The notes: a model not told the origin generated them from the letters alone. Positions 30,901 to 40,153 are shown, counted from the stretch's first letter. The stretch: DNA of 64,000 bases from Gemmatimonadota bacterium (GCA_963666735.1 OY762926.1:1-64000), one strand, 5' to 3'. A program made the numbers and translations.

Positions 30901-31922
30901 GGCCACCGGGCCGCTCGCCGCGCGAACACTGAGGCGTCCGCGCGCCACTCCGCGTAGCCGATCCGGCGGCCGTCGGTCAGCCAGTCGATCCTTTCGTCGA
31001 CGCAAGCCAGCAGGTCTCGCTCGTCGGCGTCCAGCGCGAACCCCCCGTACTCGGCCAGCGAGTCGAGCACCGCCACGGCGAACGCTCCGCCGGACGCGTG
31101 CGCCGCCTCGCCGTTTCCGATCTCCCCGCGCGCCACGGCGTCGATCCCTCCCTTGCCGAGCGCGTCCAGCAGCTCCGTCTCGCCGCGTTCGCGGCCCAGG
31201 TAGAGAACCTGCGGCATGCCGTCCGAGGGCGGGTGAAGGCGGGTCCGGCCCGCGAGGGCGGGCGACGCCATGGCGGAGGTGATGACGAAGGCCGCCGTGC
31301 CATCGGCCACGACCGTGCCTCCGGGCGTCTCGACGCGCGTCCCCGCGCGCAGCACGCCGGCGCGGTCGACGAAGCCCACGATCTCCAGGAGCCGCGCCTC
31401 GCCGGTCGTGCCCGGCAGCACGCCGACGCGCACGTCGCGGGTGAGCCGCTCGTAGGAGGAGAGCCGGTCCGCGTCCTCCGCGCGCGTGAGGAGCGACTGG
31501 CGAAACGCGATATGGCCGGACGTGAAGGCCACCGCGGTGTCCCCGGCCGCGTCCAGCGTCCGCGACGCGAGGATGGTGATGCCGCCCCCCGCCAGGTCGA
31601 CCTCGGCCGTCGCCGGCAGCAGCCAGATGCCCGGCCATTCCGCGACGGGCCGGCGTGCGAAGGAGAGACCGGCGTCCTCCATGAGTTCCAGGGCGCTCAG
31701 GAGGTCGGCCTCGTATCCCAGATGCCGGTGGAAGTCGGGCGAGCCGGGATCTTCGCCGGCGCTGTAGCTCACGGGCTCGAAGAAGGCGTAGAAGGCCACA
31801 TTGAGCGGCGCGTCCGTGCCGGCGCACGCCACTTGGGGTTGAGGGGCCACGGCCCCCCCGCACGCGAGACAGGCGGCGGCGAGCCAGCCCGCGGCGGCGA
31901 TGATGCGGATGTCGCGTTCCAT
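30897..31922 (-). CDS. ABC transporter substrate-binding lipoprotein (amino-acid type)
   Basis: Lipobox-like LAC, GYEADL, DLAGGGIT, VGVLPGTTGE, IDAV. Confidence 0.75.
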   Translation of the reverse strand: MERDIRIIAAAGWLAAACLACGGAVAPQPQVACAGTDAPLNVAFYAFFEPVSYSAGEDPGSPDFHRHLGYEADLLSALELMEDAGLSFARRPVAEWPGIWLLPATAEVDLAGGGITILASRTLDAAGDTAVAFTSGHIAFRQSLLTRAEDADRLSSYERLTRDVRVGVLPGTTGEARLLEIVGFVDRAGVLRAGTRVETPGGTVVADGTAAFVITSAMASPALAGRTRLHPPSDGMPQVLYLGRERGETELLDALGKGGIDAVARGEIGNGEAAHASGGAFAVAVLDSLAEYGGFALDADERDLLACVDERIDWLTDGRRIGYAEWRADASVFARRAARWP

Positions 31923-32102
31923 GCGCGTGTCTCCCGGTGTCCCGGCGGTTCCTTCGGCGGCGTCGGCCGCGCCCCAGGCTTACGGCGTCGCTGGCTCGGC
32001 GTCTTCCCGGATCGCTTCGACGCGCCCCGCGAACTCCTCGTCCAGCCTGTTGCCGGTGCCGTCGACCGCCGCGCCGTCCTCGAAACGGAAGGTCACCCGC
32101 CC

Positions 32103-32184
32103 CTTCGGCCGGTTCAAGGTGGAGAGCAGGTCGCTGATCCCCATAACCCGGAGGTCGGGTGTCCAACTCCTGGGGGTCACTTCA
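32103..32184 (+). mobile_element. Internally deleted IS3-family right-end remnant
   Basis: TTCGGCCGGTTCAAGGTGGAGA.CAGGTCGCTGATCC joined to the IR ...GGGGGTCACTTCA; both parts match 36567-36790. Confidence 0.82.
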
Positions 32185-32334
32185 CCGGTCGTCCTCGCGG
32201 TCCCCGGTCTCCGACCGTTCGCAGAGTCGGGATGGTGGAGGCACTCGGCGGTGCTTCGCGCGGCTCGTCACGCGTTGGGGGCTCCACGCCCGGGGCGTAC
32301 CAAGTGCTGCGGATACACCGGTCGTGTACGGGCT

Positions 32335-32943
32335 TTAGCGGCGGGCGCGCATCCCGTCCAGGAGTGTCGCGGTGGTCTGCCGGATCAGCCCATCGACATC
32401 CACGGCCGTGAGGATCTGTCCCTCGATCAGCAGTGATGCGAGACCATGCACGGCCCCCCACGCCACGTAGGCCTGAAGGTGCGGATCCTGTCGCTTGATC
32501 GTTCCGCTCTCCTGGTATGACCGGACGATGCTCACGAGTTCGTCGAACAACCCGTTCGCCACATCGCGGAGTTCCGGGTGGTCCTCGCGAGTGATCGCTT
32601 CCTTTCCGTACATCAGGCGGTAGTGCCCCGGGTTTTCGAGCGCGAACCGGACGTACGCCCGCCCGACCCGCGGGAGCCGCTCGATCCCTGCGTCCGGGTC
32701 GCCCGCGCCCACGGCCTCCAGGCGCTCTCGAAGGCGGTCGAAACCGGCGGCGGCGACCGCGACCAGGAGCGCGGACTTGTCCGCGAAGTGGCGATAGGCC
32801 GCGGACCGCGAGACGCCCAGGCGCCGCCCGATCTCGCGCATCGTCACGCTCGAGGTCCCTCCCTCGTCGATCATCGCGGCGGCTTCGGCGAGCAATGCCG
32901 CCCGCAGGTCTCCATGGTGATACGCGGTGGCGTTTTGGGTCAT
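32335..32943 (-). CDS. TetR/AcrR family transcriptional regulator (WHG-type)
   Basis: YHHGDLR, MREIGRRLGVSRSAAYRHF.DK, W..VHGLA. Confidence 0.93.
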   Translation of the reverse strand: MTQNATAYHHGDLRAALLAEAAAMIDEGGTSSVTMREIGRRLGVSRSAAYRHFADKSALLVAVAAAGFDRLRERLEAVGAGDPDAGIERLPRVGRAYVRFALENPGHYRLMYGKEAITREDHPELRDVANGLFDELVSIVRSYQESGTIKRQDPHLQAYVAWGAVHGLASLLIEGQILTAVDVDGLIRQTTATLLDGMRARR

Positions 32944-32979
32944 GGCGCAAAGGTGATCGGTTCAGGGGTGACCAGCAAT

Positions 32980-33021
32980 GTTGACGGCGTCAACGGAGCG
33001 GAGTAAGTTGACGGCGTCAAC
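32980..33021. promoter_or_regulatory. Two identical palindromic operators GTTGAC-GGC-GTCAAC (32980-32994, 33007-33021)
   Basis: Read directly; lie between divergent tetR and DUF5671 operon. Confidence 0.8.
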
Positions 33022-33057
33022 AAGCTCGGATCGACCACTCGAAGGAGGGAAGGCAAG

Positions 33058-33702
33058 ATGGCCGGCAACGAGGAGATGACCGGATTCCTGAAGGCGGGCC
33101 TGGAGCGAAGCCTGCCCCGCGAGCAGCTCAAGGGGGTGCTGCTCGAGGCGGGCTGGCCGCAGGATCAGGTGCGACGCGCCCTCGACGGTTTCGCCGACGT
33201 CGCGTTTCCGATTCCCGTCCCGCGCCCCGCCCCGTACCTGTCGGCTCGCGAGGCTTTCGTCTACCTCGTGCTCTTCGGGACGCTGTACGGCAGCGCGATC
33301 AGCTTCGGGAGCCTCCTGTTCGCGTTCATCCACCAGGCGTTTCCCGATCCTTCGCTCGACCCCGCGGCCGCACTGCAGATGGCGCGAGAGGAGATCCGGT
33401 GGTCGATCTCCTTCCTGGTCGCGACCTTTCCCGTCTTCGCCTTCGTCTTCTGGACGAATGACCGCGCGGTCCGGAAAGACCCGGGCCGGCGGCTCTCGCG
33501 AGTTCGGCAGTCGCTGACGTACCTGTCCCTGTTCGTAGGTGCGGCCACGCTCATCGGCGTGGTCACGAGCATCGTCTACAACCTCCTCGGCGGCGAACTG
33601 ACGGTCCGGTTCGCCCTGAAGGTTCTGACCGTCGCCACGATCACCGGCTCGTTGTTCGGGTACTTCCTCCGCGACGTGCGCAGGGAGGAGGTGGCGGAAT
33701 GA
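33058..33702 (+). CDS. DUF5671-type membrane protein
   Basis: LLEAGWP, PVPRP, AREAF.YL, AFPD, LTYL.LF; GAAGGAGG RBS. Confidence 0.75.
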   Translation: MAGNEEMTGFLKAGLERSLPREQLKGVLLEAGWPQDQVRRALDGFADVAFPIPVPRPAPYLSAREAFVYLVLFGTLYGSAISFGSLLFAFIHQAFPDPSLDPAAALQMAREEIRWSISFLVATFPVFAFVFWTNDRAVRKDPGRRLSRVRQSLTYLSLFVGAATLIGVVTSIVYNLLGGELTVRFALKVLTVATITGSLFGYFLRDVRREEVAE

Positions 33703-34199
33703 CCCTCTCGCCGCGATCCATCGTGCTGGGAGTCTCGGGAGCCGCCGTTGCTGCTGCGGTGGCGCTCGGGCTGGTATCCCTGGGCTCTCCCGCGCAGGAG
33801 CGCGAGCGACGGATCGATGACCGGCGACTGTCCGACCTGCACGGAATCACGGCGGCTGCCGGTCGCTACTGGACTCGGCACGGGCGGCTTCCGGCATCCC
33901 TGGACGATCTGGCGGCCGAGCCCGGCTTGCGGATCAGCACCCGTGATCCCACCAGCTCGGAGATTTACGGGTACCGGGCGCTCGACGCGGGACGCTACGA
34001 GGTGTGCGCCACCTTCGCGGCGGATTCCGGGGAGCCGACGGGAAGCTCTTCGATCGTCCAGAGGAGCTGTCAGGGCTGCCACGGCCCGGGCTCGCCCGTT
34101 GCGGCCCGGATCGAGGGTCCAGAGGCTGGGCAGGTGGCGTTTCGCGACCTGTGGACGCACGGCCCGGGACGGCACTGCTTCCAGATGCGAGTGCGGTGA
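33699..34199 (+). CDS. Membrane-anchored pilin-like hypothetical protein with CxxCH motif
   Basis: N-terminal TM, D.RRLSDL, LPASL, DP, YEVCATF, WTHGPGRHCF; ATGA overlap with upstream gene. Confidence 0.7.
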   Translation: MTLSPRSIVLGVSGAAVAAAVALGLVSLGSPAQERERRIDDRRLSDLHGITAAAGRYWTRHGRLPASLDDLAAEPGLRISTRDPTSSEIYGYRALDAGRYEVCATFAADSGEPTGSSSIVQRSCQGCHGPGSPVAARIEGPEAGQVAFRDLWTHGPGRHCFQMRVR

Positions 34200-34343
34200 C
34201 GCGGCGGCCGGCGCCGTCCGAAGCCGTGGGACTGCGGCGGGAGGCCAGACCGTCTCGACGACACGCCGCCGCTGTTGCGACCAGCAACAAGGATCGCACA
34301 TTCACTCCTCGGGGATCGCGATGCGCCGGCAGCGGAGGGGGGG

Positions 34344-34928
34344 ATGATGCGAGGCACAAGGGTCGGAGTGCCGCCGCGGTGTACCCTCGCTGCCATGGTC
34401 GCCTGGGCCATGGCTGCGCCCGGCCTGCAGGCCCAAGAGGCGGATTCTCTTCCGGTGGTGGCGGCACAGGACGTTCCGCAGGTCAGCGTGCTGGTGGGCA
34501 TGCGAATCGAGTTGGGCGGTGTGCCTTCACCGGGAGCCAGCCTGGAAGTGTTGGCGGATTCGCCGATTCGGCATATCTGGGTGTCGCTGCAATTCCTGGC
34601 TCAGATCACTCGTTGGAACGTTCAGTACGACTCGATGACCAGACGAGATCACAGCTACCTGGGCCGGGTTCGGGCGGGCCTTGGCACGGGCGAAGGGCCG
34701 AGGTTCTACGCTCTCTTCGAACACGGAATCGGAATCATCAAGGCCGACCGCGAGCGCTTGCTCGGACAAACCTACAACATGACGGGCGTCGGACTGGGCG
34801 TGGGGCTGACCGTCGGCAGAGTCACGGGCTCGCTCGAATTCGTTCTGGGAGAAGCCGACCGAAACAACCCCGATCTCTACGGAGGCCTGGGGTTATCGCT
34901 GCAATACCGCTTGCCGCGAATCTTTTGA
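34344..34928 (+). CDS. Exported hypothetical protein (possible beta-barrel)
   Basis: Signal peptide ending LQAQ, alternating beta-strand pattern; lower GC. Confidence 0.55.
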   Translation: MMRGTRVGVPPRCTLAAMVAWAMAAPGLQAQEADSLPVVAAQDVPQVSVLVGMRIELGGVPSPGASLEVLADSPIRHIWVSLQFLAQITRWNVQYDSMTRRDHSYLGRVRAGLGTGEGPRFYALFEHGIGIIKADRERLLGQTYNMTGVGLGVGLTVGRVTGSLEFVLGEADRNNPDLYGGLGLSLQYRLPRIF

Positions 34929-35081
34929 CCGCGGGGTGCGACACCGCGCGCGACGCGGACGGCGCCGCAGCCGACCGCACCGAAGCTGCGCACGCGTGCC
35001 GGTGATGGCGGATGACCCGACCGCGGCTAGATTGAACCGTTCGTTGACGGCCACGGATCCGGACGACCTTGGAGGTGGAGG

Positions 35082-35279
35082 ATGAAGTACCGGGTGGCGC
35101 TTCAAGAGTCCGAAGAGGGGTTCTCCGTCTGGGTTCCGGGTCTGCCTGGTTGTGCGTCGCAGGGGACGACGGAGGAGGAAGCCCTGGCGAACATCGCGGA
35201 CGCCGTCCGCGAGTACTTGGACGTGGCGGTCGAGAATGCCGCCGGCATGGTCATCCGTGAGATCGAAGTCGCCGTATAG
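35082..35279 (+). CDS. hicB: HicB family antitoxin
   Basis: VPGLPGCASQG.TEEEALANI.DA. Confidence 0.9.
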   Translation: MKYRVALQESEEGFSVWVPGLPGCASQGTTEEEALANIADAVREYLDVAVENAAGMVIREIEVAV

Positions 35280-35282
35280 GCC

Positions 35283-35495
35283 GTGCCGAGGATTCCCGGT
35301 GTCAACCACCTCCGGGCGGTGCGCGCGCTCGAGAAGGCAGGCTTTTGCATCGCTCGCCAAGGAAAGCACATCGTGCTGACCGACGGTGAGCGTATCCTTA
35401 CGGTTCCGCGCAACAATCCGGTCAATGCATTCACGATGGGCCGCATCGTCCAGGACGCTGGTCTGACGGAACGGGAATTCAAGGAACTCCTCTGA
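35283..35495 (+). CDS. hicA: HicA family toxin
   Basis: RALEKAGF...RQGKH, TVPR, I...AGLT. Confidence 0.88.
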   Translation: MPRIPGVNHLRAVRALEKAGFCIARQGKHIVLTDGERILTVPRNNPVNAFTMGRIVQDAGLTEREFKELL

Positions 35496-35509
35496 CGCAG
35501 CCAACCTCT

Positions 35510-35604
35510 CGCACATGAGCAGACCGTTCACCGACCGGTTGCCGGAGGAACTCGACTCCCCCCAGCCGTTTTTTCTTGGGCCCCCGGGGAAAACGACCGT
35601 TGGC
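35510..35604 (+). pseudogene. Degenerate copy of the 5' end of the PLP decarboxylase gene
   Basis: Aligns with 21115-21210 (MSRPFTDRLPEELDSPQPFFLGP vs MSRPSSDRLREELDFLQPYFLGP). Confidence 0.85.
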
Positions 35605-35746
35605 GAAGGCCCGCACCTGCCAAGCCCCGATCGGCCTGTCGGGAGAGATCAAGCAATGGCGTCGCAAGCGTCGGAGTTCGGATTGTTTCGCTGGTGATAT
35701 GGTGTTATGGTGCGTTCATTCGAGAACCTCGACCCCGGACGAAGAC

Positions 35747-35986
35747 ATGCCCCGTCTCACGATCAGCCTGAGTGCTCCCACGCACCGCGCCCTGAAGGAA
35801 GCTTCAGCGCGGCAGGGCCGTTCGATGGGCGCGATCATCGAGGAGAGCCTCGATCTTAGAGGCGTCCGGCCGATCGACACGGCCAGGGACATCGTGGCCC
35901 GAGCCCGCGCGCAGGCCCGGCTGGAAACCGATGAAGCCGCGGCCGTGGCGGTTAGGGAAACGAGACTGCACCGTGAGGGACGGTAG
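35747..35986 (+). CDS. Ribbon-helix-helix (CopG-like) antitoxin
   Basis: MPRLTISLS...HRALKEASARQGRSMGAIIEESL; upstream of a PIN gene. Confidence 0.78.
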   Translation: MPRLTISLSAPTHRALKEASARQGRSMGAIIEESLDLRGVRPIDTARDIVARARAQARLETDEAAAVAVRETRLHREGR

Positions 35987-36030
35987 GCTGATCCGCTGAC
36001 CGACGCCGCGACGGGTGCCGGACGCCGCTG

Positions 36031-36459
36031 ATGACGCCGCCCGTATTCATCGTGGACACGAACGTGATCGTGTCGGCGCTGATCGGGTCCGACTCGAAGG
36101 CTCCCCCGGCGCAGATTCTGGAGGCCATGCTCGGCGGGAGCCTTCTGTACCTCATGTCCGCCGACCTTCTCACCGAGTACGCGTCGGTGTTGCGCCGTCC
36201 CCGCCTCGTTCGGCTCCACGGGCGACCGGAGAAGGAGATCGACCTGTTGCTCGCGGAACTGACGGCGAACGCGATTTGGCGCGACCCGGCCCCGGGCGAC
36301 CCGGCCCCGGATGCCAACGACAACCACCTGTGGGCTCTACTGGCGAGCTGGGCCGGAAGCCGTCCCCTCACGGGTGATCGCCTCCTGGTCGAGAACGCTC
36401 CGGAGGCAGGGCTTGCGGTGACCCCTCGCGAGTGGGTGAACCTCCACAAGAGGCGGTAG
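36031..36459 (+). CDS. PIN domain toxin
   Basis: VDTNVIVSAL, EY..VL.RP, PD.ND, TGD..L. Confidence 0.85.
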   Translation: MTPPVFIVDTNVIVSALIGSDSKAPPAQILEAMLGGSLLYLMSADLLTEYASVLRRPRLVRLHGRPEKEIDLLLAELTANAIWRDPAPGDPAPDANDNHLWALLASWAGSRPLTGDRLLVENAPEAGLAVTPREWVNLHKRR

Positions 36460-36479
36460 GCGACAAGTGGAGATCGCCC

Positions 36480-36790
36480 TTCCAAAAACTCCTTGGGCCG
36501 GAGCGACTGAGCGCGGCTCTCCTACGCGCTGCGCGGACCGAGGGACAACCCGGAGATGGAGAGCTTCTTCGGCCGGTTCAAGGTGGAGAACAGGTCGCTG
36601 ATCCTCGACGCCGGCTCGCTTGAGGAACTCGCGGCCGTCGTCCGGGACCGGATCAACTACTACAATCGGGTGCGCCGTCACTCCTCCTCGGAGACCGGCC
36701 ACCCATGACCATCATCGAGGACCTCTACCGAGAGGGCTGAGCAGCACAATAAACCCGGAGGCCGGGTGTCCACTCTTGGGGGTCACTTCA
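36480..36790 (+). mobile_element. IS3-family remnant (3' end of orfB plus right IR)
   Basis: DNPEMESFFGRFKVE...YYNRVRRHSS integrase-core end; IR ending ...GGGGGTCACTTCA. Confidence 0.87.
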
Positions 36791-37013
36791 CCGGGCGTCG
36801 ACGAGCGGCAGGTCCGCGTGGTGCTCGAGCAGGAAGCGAAGGCGCTGAGAACGGGTTGGTGCGTTGAGGCGGCTGTTCTACCAAGGCACTGCCGCCCGCC
36901 CCGCTTGATCGCCGATGGCGTCGCTGGCAAGCTTGCTGCGCGGGAGTCGGCGCCGCGCCGCCGGATGGAGACGACGATATGGGGGATCAACGATCAACCG
37001 AAGGGCTTTGGGA

Positions 37014-37718
37014 ATGACCGAATCGACCTTCTACGATCAGCTCGGTCGACCTTCCTACGCGGTGGCGGAAGCCGGCCGGCTGGCGGGCCTCACCGCGGGG
37101 AGGGTACGCCGCTGGTTAAGGGGGTACGAGTACAGCTACGGAGACGCCGTGCGGGATCTGCCGCCGGTCCTGCAGGGCAGTGGGACCGAGAGCTCCTACG
37201 CGTCCTTCCTGGACCTTGTGGACCTGCTCTTCGTGAAGCGGTTTCTCGATTACGGAGTGTCACTTCAGAAGGTCCGTCGCGCACTCGACGAGGCTCGCCA
37301 GGTCCTGGGCACGGAACACTTCGCGAGGCAGACGTTCTTCACGGACGGCGGGTCGATCTTTCTCGAACTCCAGGAAGGAGTCCACAGGGGCCGGGGGGAG
37401 GCGATCCTCGAACTGATGTCGGGCGGGCAGTGGGTGATCGCGTCCGTTATTCGGGAACTTGCGCGGCAGATTGACTTCGAGTCGCCCGAGGGGCTGGCCA
37501 GCCGGTGGTATCCGCTCGGGCGGAATAGGCCGGTGGTGCTGGATCCCATGGCGTCGTTCGGTGCGCCCTCGATAGCGGGCCGAGGTGTCAAGACGATCAA
37601 CATCCACGATCTTTTCGTGGCTGAAGACGAAAGCTTGGAGTCTGTCCGCACCTGGTGGGACCTGACGGACGACGAGATCCGAGCGGCAGTGGAATTCGAG
37701 CGTCAGCTGGCGGCATGA
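37014..37718 (+). CDS. HTH + DUF433 antitoxin (VapB45-like)
   Basis: Y.VAEA.RLAG...VRRWL.GY, SFLDL, DP..SFGAP.I.GRGV, EIRAAVEFE. Confidence 0.85.
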   Translation: MTESTFYDQLGRPSYAVAEAGRLAGLTAGRVRRWLRGYEYSYGDAVRDLPPVLQGSGTESSYASFLDLVDLLFVKRFLDYGVSLQKVRRALDEARQVLGTEHFARQTFFTDGGSIFLELQEGVHRGRGEAILELMSGGQWVIASVIRELARQIDFESPEGLASRWYPLGRNRPVVLDPMASFGAPSIAGRGVKTINIHDLFVAEDESLESVRTWWDLTDDEIRAAVEFERQLAA

Positions 37719-38101
37719 GGTTCTTCGTCGATAACAACCTGAGCCCGCAGCTGGCGGCAGGAATGAAGGGATTCGGTGAAGACGTCGTGCACGTCACGGA
37801 GTTCCTTCCACCTGACGTAGACGACACCGAGCTTCTGGCTCGCGTCGGATCGGAAGGTTGGTGTCTGGTGACTCGCGACGACAGAATCCGATACCGGCCG
37901 GCAGAATCGGCAGCGATCAGGGAACACCAGGTAGGGGCGTTCTTCATGGGCGGGAAGAACCTCCGTCGATGTCAGCTAATCCAGCAACTCGTCCGTAACT
38001 GGCCCAGGATGAAGGAACTGGCAGTCAAGACGAGCCCGCCATTCGCGTTTCGGGTCCCGCCGGCGGGTGCCAAGATCAAGCCGATTCCTCTCGGCGACTG
38101 A
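37715..38101 (+). CDS. PIN-like toxin (VapC45/DUF5615-like)
   Basis: MRFFVDNNLS, D.E.L, LVTRDDRIRYRPAE; ATGA overlap. Confidence 0.83.
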   Translation: MRFFVDNNLSPQLAAGMKGFGEDVVHVTEFLPPDVDDTELLARVGSEGWCLVTRDDRIRYRPAESAAIREHQVGAFFMGGKNLRRCQLIQQLVRNWPRMKELAVKTSPPFAFRVPPAGAKIKPIPLGD

Positions 38102-38108
38102 CCCACCC

Positions 38109-38250
38109 ATGACCACCGACCTTACCGAGCGCGGCCTGGAACGGCTCATCTGCGAGGCCCTGACCGGGGACCCCTGCGACCGCCCGATACGGACAAAGGA
38201 CCGTGGCGAGTATTCGAAATCGGCTGAGGGAGAACCGAGTGGAGCCGTGA
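38109..38250 (+). pseudogene. Fused fragments: type I R-subunit (HsdR) N-terminus and HicA C-terminus
   Basis: MTTDLTERGLERLICEALTGDPCD, then degenerate PDTDKG.VASIRN.LREN.VEP* overlapping the hicB start. Confidence 0.55.
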
Positions 38251-38591
38251 GAAACACGATGGAGATCGAAGGCTACCGGGCGATCATCCAGTTCGACCCC
38301 GACATCGAGATGTTCCGGGGCGAGTTCGTCGGCCTGAACGGCGGCGCGGACTTCTACGCCCGCGACGTCCCCGGTCTCAGGAGGGAGGGTGCGGCATCGC
38401 TCAAGGTGTTTCTCCAGATGTGCGAGGAGGACGGCGTCGAGCCCGCACGCCCGTACTCGGGACAGTTCAACCTGCGCATCCCGTCCGAGTTGCACGCGAA
38501 CATCGCCGCCGCCGCGGCCGCCGAAGGGAAGAGCTTGAATCAGTGGATCACCGAGACGCTCCGCGATCGCGTCGCAGCCGGGATGGCCTGA
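38247..38591 (+). CDS. hicB: HicB family antitoxin with RHH domain, orphan copy 1
   Basis: GY.A.IQFDPDIEMFRGEF.GLNGGADFYA, YSGQFNLRIPSELH, SLNQW. Confidence 0.88.
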   Translation: MRNTMEIEGYRAIIQFDPDIEMFRGEFVGLNGGADFYARDVPGLRREGAASLKVFLQMCEEDGVEPARPYSGQFNLRIPSELHANIAAAAAAEGKSLNQWITETLRDRVAAGMA

Positions 38592-38636
38592 CGGCGAACC
38601 GACGCGTCGACTTCCACATCAGTTCCAATGCGGCCG

Positions 38637-38784
38637 TCCGATGCCCGAACCGGTGCTTCGGGAAGCGCTCCCGAATGCGGTGGTGCACGCTTCGGACGCG
38701 ACCTCGGAGGGAAGAGGTCGGCACCAAGTCGGCACCAAGTCGGCACCAAGTGGCGACTCTACGGAAGTCCTTGTCGGCGCGACC
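38637..38784 (+). pseudogene. Heavily deleted copy of the ATP-binding protein gene at 46.9-47.7 kb
   Basis: 38637-38688 matches 46999-47050; 38691-38784 matches 47386-47479, including three 11-bp repeats. Confidence 0.85.
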
Positions 38785-38871
38785 GCAGCACCACCTCCGA
38801 TTTCTGCCGCGCACTCCAGCGCTTCGGCAGGCCCTCGGCCTCCGTCGGCTTCTCCTCGTCCCATCCTCCAT
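38783..38871 (-). mobile_element. Transposase N-terminal fragment
   Basis: Minus strand reads DEEKPTEAEGLPKRWSARQKSEVVLR, like the HTH start of IS3-type OrfA. Confidence 0.5.
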
Positions 38872-38943
38872 CTCTCTGCCTTGCCCTACTCTAATCTCTT
38901 GCTCCTCTCGTGTCTCGCGTGTGTTGGCAGAGAGGGGGCGGGC

Positions 38944-40068
38944 ATGCGACTCTCCGCTGCGGATCCTCCCAGCGCCACGATCGACGGAACACATAAGCAC
39001 CTGCTCGTTGCGGATTGGACGACGCTTCTGAACGGGATGGAGGCGTGTCTGGAGGGCCCCGAACCGGGCCTCGCGGACGTGCGCCAACTCATGGGGCTGG
39101 TGCGGTTCGCGGAGACGAAAGCGCCAAAGGCCCCGCACGCCGGCAAGGCACTCGTCAACCAGGTTACTGCTATCGGAAAAAACTCGGACTGGATACACAA
39201 GGACGGCCTGAAGGCAACACCGAAATCCTACGGCTACGGGCGCTACGTGTGGTTGGGTCGGCGCGCCCGGCTCGGGGTATGGGTGGGGTTCAACACCGAC
39301 CTCCACGAGGAGTTCAAGGCGACGCCCCTGTGGGTCCGAGTCAAGAGGTGGAAGGCGCCATACGACTCGGGCTGGACGGAGCGGACCGTACCAATACTGA
39401 AGGAGTGCGTGTCGCCGTACGTCAAGCAGGTCGGCCAGGTGCTTTGGGTGGGGGTCGTGCCGGACGAGCCCCCGGATCCAAACAGCTACGCAGAGGAGTT
39501 GGAACGGATCGCCGAGATCGTCGACGAGGCTGCCGAGTCGCCCCTCTCGCCTGCCAGCGTACTCACGGAAGTCGGCCGGCGCTACGACCAGCCCGTGATG
39601 AACAACGTGCACCGCGCCGAGTACGTCGAGGCGCTCGTGGCTCTCGCGCTCCGGGACAGCGGATGGACGCGCAAGGCACCGTGGGGGGCCTGGCACTTCG
39701 AGAACGAATCCGGCGTGCGGCTCAAGCTCAAGCACTCCGCGGCGGTGCAGTCGTGGGGGGGCGGCGGAGCCCAGGACTCCCCGCGTTTCGACATTGCCCC
39801 CGGAAAGGGCTACTGGGACGATGAAGACGGACGGTGGGTGAAGCACTACGGTCGCCACGCCGACGTCTACGTGTTCGCCTGGCACGGGGGCACCGGCGAG
39901 AGGACGGACCAACGGGATCCGGCGAGGTGGGAGTTCCATGTGATCGCGGAACGCGATCTACCGGAGCAGAAGTCGATTGGTCTCCCTGCGATCCGAGCCT
40001 CGACGTCGCGGTGCCGCATCGAGGAGCTTGCGGCTGTGATCGACGAGATCTCCGGGGCGGTCCGCTGA
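38944..40068 (+). CDS. Hypothetical protein with C-terminal restriction-endonuclease-like domain
   Basis: RAEYVEALVALAL, SAAVQSW, FDIAP, RHADVYVFAWH, QRDP..WEF.V; start uncertain. Confidence 0.6.
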   Translation: MRLSAADPPSATIDGTHKHLLVADWTTLLNGMEACLEGPEPGLADVRQLMGLVRFAETKAPKAPHAGKALVNQVTAIGKNSDWIHKDGLKATPKSYGYGRYVWLGRRARLGVWVGFNTDLHEEFKATPLWVRVKRWKAPYDSGWTERTVPILKECVSPYVKQVGQVLWVGVVPDEPPDPNSYAEELERIAEIVDEAAESPLSPASVLTEVGRRYDQPVMNNVHRAEYVEALVALALRDSGWTRKAPWGAWHFENESGVRLKLKHSAAVQSWGGGGAQDSPRFDIAPGKGYWDDEDGRWVKHYGRHADVYVFAWHGGTGERTDQRDPARWEFHVIAERDLPEQKSIGLPAIRASTSRCRIEELAAVIDEISGAVR

Positions 40069-40153
40069 GCGCTCCGCGCGAACCGCGCGTCACGGTCGAC
40101 AGGGCGGCCAGGGATCTTCAGGACACGCCTGAGCGCAGCGGCGTCCGGTCGAG

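Noticed and set aside
26560..32166. 1868-aa minus-strand ORF, and similar long Arg/Pro/Gly-rich ORFs such as 27198-30932, 8454-10175, 12735-14489 and 21105-23030
   Set aside because: These are shadow frames of well-supported genes in high-GC DNA and have no recognisable motifs.
38067..38591. Functional HsdR-HicB fusion protein
   Set aside because: The upstream part is made of short hsdR and hicA fragments, and the second hicB copy shows the real start is the GTG overlapping the hicA stop.
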